The notes beneath the pieces were generated by a model. It was not told the origin of the DNA and did not search any database. It saw only the letters and a program-made list of their open reading frames with translations. A stretch of DNA of 64,000 nucleotides, from positions 121,274,001 to 121,338,000 of the forward strand of contig NW_024704742.1 of assembly GCF_018977255.1 (NCBI RefSeq). Direction: 5' to 3'. The position numbers were made by a program, and so were the translations under genes. Source of the DNA: Callorhinchus milii (Eukaryota). The stretch's first letter is position 1; each line of letters begins with the position of its first letter. Shown in pieces: positions 53,201 through 64,000 of the stretch.

Positions 53201-56200
53201 TAACTGTGGGTCCAATGACCTCATTCTGAAATTTCTATGCATTCTACAAAACCCATTGGTGTTCATATAACAACAAATGTCTACAGTTTGATCTGGGCCC
53301 CATTTTGGCTCATTTTGCATCTGTCCAATGCACATCTTACTTCAAAGGGAAGGCAAATGTACAAAGAGGTCAGATTTGGTTCAGATGGCTACCCTTTATA
53401 CATCTGTACAGGACCCGTACTTCCAGAGAGATGTATGGCTTTGTAGTGTTTGAAGGGGATAATGATTAAGCAGCTAGAATACCTTATTATTAAATATAGT
53501 TTAGGAAAATAAAATAATTAGCACTAAACATAATAATTAGAAGTTTTGGAACAATCAGCCTACCTCACACTATATGGTATGGTTCTGAACAAGATCTAAA
53601 CCAACAATTTTCACATGATTTTCATTAGCTGTTGCCTAGTTACAGATGAGTGCTTTGGCAAGAGTGAGATAACATGTGGGTAACAGCTAGCAACCTTTTA
53701 TTAATAAAAAAATACTGCATTCATCCACTACAGAGAAGTTTAGGAGACGATAGCTTCCTGCCTTGGATCTGCCTTGCACTTAAAAACATCTGAAGCAAAC
53801 AGACTGGTTTCACATCAGAAAGCAGAGCACCCTTCCCCCATACACTGCACAGACTGACTGGCAACCCCCCTCACCAGCACCACACGCAGACCAACCCTTC
53901 TAAATAATTAAACCATAGCTGAGAAAATGCAGATCACACACTGCTAACGCACACCTATTTAAGGCTACAACGGCTATAAATTCACAAGAGGGATTGCTGC
54001 AGCCACGTGCTAATTGCTACAGAAGGCCTGCAAGGGACTAAAATACACTTCATTTGCTTAACAGCAGGGGAATATAAAACTTTTTTAAAAAAATCACTGC
54101 ATCATTGCCTGAATGCGGCTAACTGTATCTAACCAATACATGTTGCTTATAAATTGGTTTATTGAAAGCCCAATAATATTTGAAGGAGAAGCATCATATA
54201 AAGCTGCAGATTCCAACAGGAGTTTGGGAAGGGTTCTACCATCACCCAAATCCAACTACACTATTTAACTTTCAAACCCAAATCATTTTATTTTTTAAAA
54301 ATCGGTCTATTTATATTTCTAGCACACATAATACTGTGTAGGGCATTTGACACAAGTATGTAAATTTCACCTTTTCCTTCAGATAATTGGATGCTAACTC
54401 ACACTGTGCTATGTAATTTAATATTAATTCCACAGGGGAGACAGTGGGAATAAATTATAAGTGATGTATTAGGAAGACTCGTGAGAACTGTTAAGATGGG
54501 GGTAGGGATTTCGAAATCAGAAAGTACAAACTGCAAAGATAAATTTTCTGCCTTTTTTTAAAAAAAGATTGGCAGCAATTCATTTTAATGTAACGTTGCA
54601 CAGATGGGATGAAGAATTTGCCTTTCAAAACACTGATGCTTGTAAAGAGTTCAGCTTTCTGTCCAAAAGCAGCAAAGTCAATAGTAACGCACACACAAGG
54701 ACACTGGATCTGAATGAGTGAAGTTCATTAATGACAGGAAGCTGGCATGGGTAACAGATCCAAATATGCTAATGATTGCCCAGTGGATCCCAGTTAGAGC
54801 AGGAGCTAGTGCTGAGGCTCACAATGTTGCTGGTGGTGGAAGCTATTTGTGGACAGCAGAGGATCCCCAACCCAAGATGAGATACACAGCTTTGCTGGTT
54901 CTGAAGTGTTTGAAACCATGAGCTTTTGATGGTAATTAAAGGCAAAGGGCAGCCACAGTTCACTTTCAGTAAAAACTGTGTATTTTTGCTCCTTCTTCCC
55001 CGACTAACAAAGGGTTTTTAGGAAACGTACCCTCTCTCACCTAACCATGTGAGCTGCAGCTCAGAACTCGAAAGCTTGCTCACTAACAATTTTGCACTAT
55101 TCTGAGTGCCTACACATTTACATTTTTTTTCGAAAACAAAGCCTGGATGTGTACAGCAGGCGGGCTCTGGGGGCTTGTAGCCTCAGCACAGAGAACCCAG
55201 TCATGAAGCAATCTGCCATGGACTCGGAGTCCTTAGACAACTGAATGTTTTATTTTTTGTCTTAATTCACTCCATTATTGAATTAAACTTTGATGTATTG
55301 GTCTTGACATCTGCTTCAAGCTGATTGTATTGTGTATGATAGTTTAATCACTCCCCATGCATTTTACAGTGGCTGCCTGATTAATGCAATAGATTACCTG
55401 TGCTATCCCTGGCAAGAGGGAATCATTGCCCTTTTCAATACTACACTCCTTTCATTTGTTGCAAACAGACTACATGTTATATTAAAACGATCTAAGTTAA
55501 ACCAAATTATCAGATCCGCCTACATGCGTTTTCACGATTTCTTCTAATAAGTCTGTTTTCTCGTTATAGACTGGGTTTAAGAATAGTAATCTTTACAAAC
55601 AAATAATCTCTAATTTTATGGGTGGAGAAACTCCTTCAGGCAATTGGGACACAATACAAATATCGCCAGCTCTGACAGAGCAAAACAAGGCGAATTGACT
55701 GCACTAGGGTTAGTATTAGTTCACCTCAGGTCAAACTTGGTCTACAGAATTAAATTCTGGTGTAGTCACATTGTGCGCCAATTTTTTAAAAATGATTCTG
55801 CAAAATTTAATTAAAAGAACTGAGTTATTTTAAAACTGTACACAGTTAAAATAACAGACAAGCAAGTACAGAGGAGAGTTCAGCAATATATCCTGAAGAT
55901 GGAAATCTTGGCTGGAGTTTGTAATATTTGTTAGGACAGAGTTAGTCTGCCGTTAAACCTGTTATTGTAATCTCTCTGTGTTGACAAGCTGTTTGGGGGT
56001 CCATCACTCTGAAGAATAGCAGACACTCATCTAATATTCTTCTACCTCAGTGGTTTCATCAGATTAAGCATCAGGGATTTAATTTAACAGTTTCATCTTT
56101 ATTAGGCTGTCATGAGAACAGCCCAGCTTTGATAACAGTAGCTGCTCCAATTATGGTTGGCTTTAAGAATGACATGTATAATGATTCATTTGTACTGTAC

Positions 56201-58394
56201 CAAAGCAATAAAAGGCTGTTTTGCCAAACCATTATGAATGCATTTTTTTCCCCCTCTTTCATCAAGAACCCCTGTGGGAAAGCATCTGTATTCTGCCACT
56301 TCCTACCAGTATATTTAGGTCAAAAGGTTGCACACAACTATTCCTTGCCTTGGTTTACCGCAAGGACATTAGAACTGTGGCATGCTCTTGTGAATGGCAA
56401 ATGGGGGCATTCTGACTCAAATGTAATCCTTGTATTCAAATGATCTGGAATGGTGCAGAATCAAGAGGGGGAAAGCGATAGGCTCACAGTTGGCTTCTGA
56501 CAGTGACATGTGACATTTGTATTCAGGTCCTGCTTTTCCATGTGGCTAAAGGGCTTCCAATTTCATTTCACAGCCAGAGGCCCGCAGAAACACCAATTAA
56601 CTTGCAGATCGCATTTGCTGACAAAAAAANGTCAGCTTCACTGCAATGTCTGGTATCTGGCAGCATTCAGCATTCAATTCCAAAGCCGAGCCTCCAAGCA
56701 ATGTGATCCTGTCACTAGGGCAAGGAGTTAACCTGCCCATTCTGCTTACATGGAAAGCCTATTCACTTCTGCAGTCTGTGTGTCACCTTTTGTTATTGCA
56801 CAGAATCATAACGCCAGTCACAGAGCATCGACCTTTATCTAGCCTGAAGTCACTGAGCTGGCACTGAAAAGGTTGACTTGATTTCCAAGCTAACTATGGA
56901 CCAATACATATAGACCAGAATGCACAGAGCTTTAGGGATCAACAGAAATAACCAACCTCTATGTAAGAACCCATTCAATTCACACCAGAAATGTCAGTGC
57001 TCTGTGTGCCAGGATTAAGATCAATAACAACTTCAACCTTCCAGCTTTTTTATTGCTCAACAGACCTCAAAACACTTTAAAGGAATAAAGGGGTGGGGAT
57101 GTAACAACTAGACTATGCCCCTAAATCAGGTCTCACTGCATTTTACATGCAAGTGTAATCAAAGTACTGGATCATCTCCTTGCACATAGTTACCGGGTTC
57201 TTTGCATCCATCAATTCCATGAAGGTATCTTTTTCTACTGCTTCGCCATTTTTAGCGATTTCCTGTCCTCACACTGGTGTTCTCACAAGCATACAGTTCC
57301 ACAGCTAAGAGAATGCTACACTTTACAGTTACTACTCTTTAAAGTATATCTCATGAAGCGCTCTGAGATGTCCTCCCGAAGTGAAAAGAAGGATTATTTT
57401 CAAATACAAGTGTTATTATTATTATTTTCATCTGTAGCAAAAAGAAGTTCTGCATATACTCTCTGGCAGTTTTGAGTATGGGAATAAGAAAATGTGTCCA
57501 GAAACCAACTTCAGTGTCTTCGCAAAGTTGAAAATTCACTACAAATAAATATGATGAGAACTAAACGTGTAGAGAAGAGACTATAGAACATCCTCAAAGA
57601 GTAAGTAATCATAGGTGGGTCTTAATACGCACTTCCTGGTGCTCTGACAACCGGAGGAAAAGAAAACATGACCCTGGCTTCCAGAATAATTTTATTTGTA
57701 GGTATCAGGAGGGATAGTCACGGTCTTATATGGCAAATCTTTAAAGTTAGTGTCCCCAATGATTGTTTTCAACCCCTTCCCCTTGATTATGGTTTATTCA
57801 CCAGTATGTGAAGATTGAACAAAAGAAGATCATTTAACCTTGTTTTGGAGAGCGGGATGAAAATATGAAGGGAGAAAGATGCTGCACTATAAGCAGCCAA
57901 GAGATGGTGCGCAAGAGCAATTCAGGGCATCTGTCTTGTCAGAGGTCTCTCTGTTATTACGTGAAGTGTCTGTGTTCAGCACCTTTTCTAAAGTCTCACT
58001 AGAGATCAGGAGTTAGGGTGAATCACACTCAATGATCTGTCATACTAAGAACAGCAGTGTGCAAATGGGTGTAAACTCTTTCCCTGCCCCAAAATAGCCA
58101 TGTATACTCATTTTCCCTGCCCCAGATTAGACATGTGCTCTTTGTTAGGTGATGCCAATAATCTCAGGCACCACATTACAGTTGGGCCATACACTACCTC
58201 AAATCAGCAGACAGCGAGACATATTTCCTTAGTTGTAGGGATATGGACATTTTGATTCTATATAGGGCTTCCATGCTATTAACTACAAATAAAATGATGT
58301 TTCATATTGGCAACTGACATCGACCTAAATAGTGGTGAGTCCTACACAACCGCCAACCTGCCTCTCACTGGATCCTCAAACATCCATTCTCCTA

Positions 58395-58720
58395 TAGCAA
58401 TAATCTTTCTATTTGATGTAGTGCCTTATGTTATCAAAACAAAAAGCACAGTCACTCCACTTTACAGTGTAACCTGTGAAGCGCTTTGAGACATCTCAAC
58501 AACGCAATGCAAGGATTATTATTATTATTAAGACATCATAAAGTGCTTCACAGGATATACTGAAAAGTGGTGCGACTATTTTTTGGGTGAATACAGCAGC
58601 CAAAAAACAGGAATGTCCTTTAAACAGCCATGGAGTGTAATAATAAATAATAATAATAAACCCAATTCAATTTGGGGGATTGTAGGCAAGGACACTGGGA
58701 GAAACTCCCTTCCCATTCCC
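58395..58720. mobile_element. Cluster of three SINE fragments in alternating orientation (-, +, -)
   Basis: Tail motifs at ~58400 (-), ~58445-58530 (+) and ~58530-58720 (-). Confidence 0.65.
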
Positions 58721-59529
58721 AGTAAGTGTCAATTTCCTATCTCAATTTTCCCCAGATCTAACCATTTTACAATCTATTGCTTACTGTATTATTGACCTCT
58801 GAAAACTAGGCTAAGCAAATTTGAGGGGTGGGGTAGAGTTATAAAAACAAAGTTTACATTGGATTGGGTTGTTTTTGGAATGCCAGGTTTGTCCACCAAA
58901 CAAAATGTGATAAAGTATGACTTTAAAACACTAGTAAATAATGACGACAGCTCATCATCCATTAAAAGAAGCTCGACTCTGAACCAAATGTGTAGTAAAC
59001 AGATATGCTTTGCTTTACAGCCTCTGAGGGCATCTGTTTGTAAATTTCCTAATAATGTAATACTAGGTTCATTCAGATTACACACAATAAACAACCATTT
59101 ATTTAAAAAAAGCTGAATTTAGCAACACTATTTTAAAAATGATGAGCAGCAATGACCCCGAGCTTTACAATATCGATGCCCTTTATATGAAGACAAGCAT
59201 TTAATTTTACAAGGGTTTCCTGACACAATGATGAATTCGGGACCTTGGAGCTTCAGTGCGTGTGCTGTGTGTGTCCAGGGAGAGAGGCTCTGCTTTCAAA
59301 GCACTGGACCACAGGGTGGAGAATCTCAGTCATCTCTCTACATCTCTACGTCAGACACTGCCACCACCAGAGAAGCAAAGAGAATCGGAGGGTCAGGACT
59401 GGTAGAACCAATGTACCACCTTGCAGCTGGTCAAAGAAGGACCTGGCTAGTTATCAGTCCCCTCCCCCATTCCAATTGGATGGAGTGTGGTGTGAGTATA
59501 CCAAGAACTAAAAGTAGATTTATCCACAA

Positions 59530-59685
59530 CTGTTTGTTGTCCATTGCTGTGCGCAATTAGCTGCCAGATTTTGCCCACAAAATATGCACTCGATTCACTT
59601 TATAGTATATTCTGTGAAATGCTTTGAGAAGTCTCAACAACATGATAAGGCGCTATATCAAATGCAAGGATTATTAGGATTATTA
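59530..59685 (+). mobile_element. SINE 3' half
   Basis: gctgtgcgcaattagctgcc...gataaggcgctatatcaaatgcaaggatta. Confidence 0.8.
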
Positions 59686-60974
59686 AGAGGAAGTCCTGCT
59701 TCCAAAGAAGAAAGACAAGCAAAATGCAATAATACTCAATGGACGATACAGCAACAGAAGTCTATTTGCAGTATCATCCAAATAACTCTTACAATCCAAA
59801 TTAGTCATTAGTCATTCCAATGCATCAGTGTAACGGCAGCTAATAGGAAGTGAGGCGGACTGTTCTTTTTGTAAGGGAGATAGACATGTGGACAACAAAC
59901 TACCAGCAATGGTGGTGGCAAAATGAACTATAAACTGGTTCCAAAAAAGAACCAGACAAGTTCCTGGAAATTAGAAAGAACTAGATTTATTGGGTCCTAA
60001 GGATTCTTTGGGGAAATTGGATGGTACTCGATAGACCAATGGATAGACAAACACACCAAGTCTGCTCCTGTCTAAAATTGTTCAGTAATACTGTACAGTA
60101 ATATACTACTATAAAATAGTGGTGTACACACACCACGCACACAAATGCTAAAATCAAAATAGTAGTAAAGACTAAAACTTGAGATAAAACGACCCTTTTC
60201 TTAGTCCCCCTGTACAAGGGAGCCCCCCCCTTCCCCATTAGCACTTATATTATACAACATGAAACGCAAAACTCTGCACCTCAAGTTCCTTATAGGTCAG
60301 TGACATCCAAGTTACCAAGTTTCACGTTTCTGCATCAGATTTGCACTTTACCAAAGCTATTGACTGGGTGAGCAGAAGCTGGTTTAAACAGTTAGGAAGA
60401 TTGAGTTAATTAATTAGTATTGAAGTAGTATTTTTTTAATTTAGCACCTTTTTTCAAATTAAATGTGATTAAGGAAGCACACCCGCAATTCTGTTGATCC
60501 TGAAGTAATCCCCTATTCATCTGGCGTCTGGTTCAGAGTCAAACGTGATGACCCCGCCATCATAGATTGAAATGTAATTAAGTTTTTTTTATTACAGATT
60601 TGTGTTGGCTGTAATTTTTTTTTATATACTAGGTCTTGAGAATGACTGTGGCTTTGTATTCTGTAATCCCTTCCTTTAGAGTGTTCCTTGCATTTGATTT
60701 TTTCCCCTGTCCTACTACCCATACATGCGTGCATCCATTCCCCCCCTCCACCCCTCTGCTCCCATTGAGGGGGACATTAGAGACCTGCCCTCGCGTTGTT
60801 TTTCAAAGCTACATTGCCTCGTTAATAATCTCACTGCCTCCAACAATACATCACTTTGGCAGTGCCTTTAGTCAACATCTTTGAATCCCTCATTCTCCAC
60901 TCGATGTCCGCCACTATCTTTGCCAACCACTTTCAGATGTTCCTTAACCATGCAAGGTGCTGATTTAACAACAA

Positions 60975-61535
60975 ACAACAAATTCCAGCGATATAGCGCC
61001 CTTCAGAATACTGTGTACAGTCCTGGTCCTGCAGTCCAAAAAGAATATTGGAGAAATCGAGAAGATACAGAGGAGGGGAACCAAAATGACTGAGGGTATG
61101 GAAGGACTGGAATATGAAGAGCGACTAAGTAAATTAGGCATGTTCACGCTGGAAAAGAGAAGATTGGGAGACTATATGATGGCTGTCTCTAAGATTCCAA
61201 AGGGGCCAGACAATATAGATCATGACAGGCTGTTTCAGCTTGTCCAGAATAGTAAAACCAAAGGACATGGCCTACGATTGAAGGGGGGGAAATTCAGAAT
61301 GAATCTACGCAAACTCTATTTTGGTGAGCGAATAATGAACTTATGGAACAGGCTCCCTAGGGAGACGGTTGAAGCAGGAAGTGTTGATTCTTTCAAACAC
61401 AAATTAGATAGTTTTCTTTTAGGAAACAACGTTATGGGATATAGTACATAGGTAGTTTGGGACATATGTGCATGTGACCGCCAGGAAGGTGGAGTAGATG
61501 GACCTTAGTCTTTTTATGTCTAGCATTTCTTATGT
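60975..61535 (+). mobile_element. CR1 LINE 3' end
   Basis: ORF 61086-61451 (GMEGLEYEERLSKLGMFTLEKRRL...TKGHGLRL...WNRLP). Its tail also occurs inverted at ~16590-16650 and ~46320-46390. Confidence 0.9.
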
Positions 61536-61865
61536 TCTTCATGTCAGGCGGACATCCCAAGGCGCTGGACAGGGAAGTATTTGGACCCAAGCTGGGGTCT
61601 GGAATCAAGATGGGTGGAGGGCAAGGGGGATGGTGGTGGGAAAATGACCAAAGGCGCGGTCGAAGAGAAAGGACTTGAGACGGGATTTGAAGTAGGCAAG
61701 GGATGGGACATGGTGAAGGGTTTCTGGGATGGAGTCTGAGTGGAGGGGTGTAGGAGAATGGGGTGGGGGAGCAGAAAGGCTGAAGGCCTGACCTCCAATG
61801 GTGGAGCAGGTCTAGCAGGAGCCATGGAGCAGGCCAGTGTCGACCCAGTGGAGGGAGCAGGCAGG
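61535..61865 (-). mobile_element. Degenerate L2 3' fragment, tail-to-tail with the CR1
   Basis: catgtcaggcggacatcccaaggcgctggacag is the inverse L2 tail. Confidence 0.8.
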
Positions 61866-62034
61866 TTTTACTCTTTTTTTTAAAAAAATACAAAACATAC
61901 AAAAAAAACTTGCACATTAACATGATTGATTCATTCCACCAAATGTACACATTTAACCCTGAAGGATGTAAACAAATCATAACTAGCTTGATTTTCTTAT
62001 TCAGTCACCAATCCGAATTCAAAGATCAGTTTCA

Positions 62035-62410
62035 TCTTTCAGCTCAGTTTCATCTCTGGATCAGAGAGCTGTGGGTTTGAGCCCTACACAAGGATTTGAG
62101 CAAATAGTCCAGGCACACACTCCAGTGCTATACTCAGGACTTCTTTCATTGTTGGAGAAGATAAAAGTTAAACCTAGGTGACAATGTGGTCCATGTGGAT
62201 ATTAAAGATCCCACAGCCCTATTTCACAGCTACCCCTTGTCCAATAGTCAACCTTCACCCAAAGTCACACCTCTATTTTATTTCGTTGCTGTGTGTGTGG
62301 TACACTGCTGTTGCATTTATCTCCATAAGTCACTACACTTCAATTGATTCACACCAATTCCATTACGTTTTCTAGGGGGGAAAAAATGACGTAGTGCTCT
62401 ATATCCAACG
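62035..62410 (+). mobile_element. Old Deu-domain SINE
   Basis: gctgtgggtttgagccc and gtggatattaaagatccca motifs. Confidence 0.65.
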
Positions 62411-62670
62411 TAAAGATTTGTTTTATGTTAGATAGTTAGAGCTACTTGCAGAAGAATCTCAAAGGGTCAATATAAAGGTTAAGACCGCCTCTGTTATTGA
62501 GACACATTTGTTATTTCCTAAATGATTTGCTTTTTTAAAAAAAAACTACTGTATATTCAGATAAACATATATATATAAACATTGAATACTGTGAAAATCT
62601 GTACTCTCCCTGCCTGCTTTCCCACCAATCCTCTTTTCAACTTGAACAATAAACTTTGCACAGAGCTCTA

Positions 62671-62949
<279 letters not shown>

Positions 62950-64000
62950 TCACCAATATTTGAAGTTCAGATGCTCTCCTGCATTGAGAAACTGTCAGGC
63001 TTAAACCAGGCAGTTTTATCATGAGGCACTGCCTTCAGACTGAACCATTAGCGAGGAAGAAAGAGACTCTTAACTACATCTAAAACAAGCCATTGGAATT
63101 TTGTTGGCCAGAATCATTTTGAAATCGATGCTGGAACGCTCCGCACCACCACCACCACAAAAAAAAACTAGGCTTGTTAATTGGCAATGAACTCAAGCCA
63201 CTGCTATAACACAGCTTCTTCCTCCCTGCGAGCTCCATGCTTACAGCGTTGCTGCTGGGGTATTGCTGTTAGCATGCATAAGGGCGCGGACCACGGAAAT
63301 GGGAATTTGTGTAATTAGCTGCCGAGGTTACTGGAGATGTAGAAAGGATTCACCTCCTGGAGAATTAAATATATAAGGGGGTGGGGATTCTGCTCCATTC
63401 CCCAAATTTAACAAATATTGCATTGCTAAGTGTGTAAATATAAATGTGATTTGCTACATTTAGTGAACAGAGCAGACCACCCCCTTTGCTCTCCATGACA
63501 AACAGTAAAAACAAATACCCATATGATTCATGACATGAATACCCGCTTAAACAAGTACAGTTTTGCACAATAAGTTTGTGCTTCTGAATTATGGAGGATT
63601 TTATGAAATTTTCTTTTTTTTAAATATTAAAAATACATCTGAAGATGCCCTGCTAAGAGGCCGGGCGGACATCCAACCAGCTTCCAGGACTTTCTATTGA
63701 TGCTCGAAAACCAACCACTAGGAGGTGCATCAGCCTGGTTTAAAGTGACTTTTCCCCTCCTTCGCTATGAGGAAGTGCCTGACCTGCACTTAGCCTTTCC
63801 TCTGCAAAGCGCAACGAAACAAGAGCATCCAGCCTGGGAGACAAGGCGAGCAGGAGTAAAAGAATCGAGGGAACAAGGACGCTAATCCGCGTGCCACAAA
63901 TCGAAATATCCCACATCTCTGCACCACCTGCACTTTGTCAATATACCCACCTGTGTGAAATTTCACAACATAAACAGGCTATTATAGTTCTGACAAACAC

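Noticed and set aside
61432..61980. 182 aa minus-strand ORF
   Set aside because: It overlaps a degenerate L2 fragment and a CR1 tail. The Pro-rich composition comes from the C-rich L2 strand.

Overview
This is eukaryotic, vertebrate DNA, probably from a cartilaginous fish. That taxon call is inferred from the repeat types: Deu-domain/SacSINE-like and LF-SINE-like SINEs, HER1/CR1-like LINEs and L2 LINEs. The only host gene is the 3' part of ZSWIM6 on the minus strand. I traced 11 coding exons (62826 down to the stop at 29025), all with GT-AG ends and compatible phases. They are numbered 4-14 by recalled analogy to human, and a 3'UTR of about 1.7 kb follows. The 5' exons lie beyond the right edge. 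Positions 1-27 kb are repeat-rich intergenic DNA, and most ORFs in the supplied track are chance or TE-derived. I see no prokaryote-style system (CRISPR, operon, prophage) and cannot claim a proven new system. The most unusual structures are: (1) a ~450 bp core (~760 bp total) intronic fold-back palindrome with an identity gradient; (2) a head-to-head pair of young L2 LINEs with tails facing outward; (3) a compact Gmr1-like Gypsy LTR relic with LTR ends, PBS and gag; (4) a candidate poison microexon/alternative acceptor before exon 6; (5) a templated 38 bp insertion; (6) a long intronic GAA/TTC tract; (7) a basic, Cys-containing 39 aa sORF. Repeat boundaries are approximate. Ambiguous bases (n) occur at 27863 and 56630.
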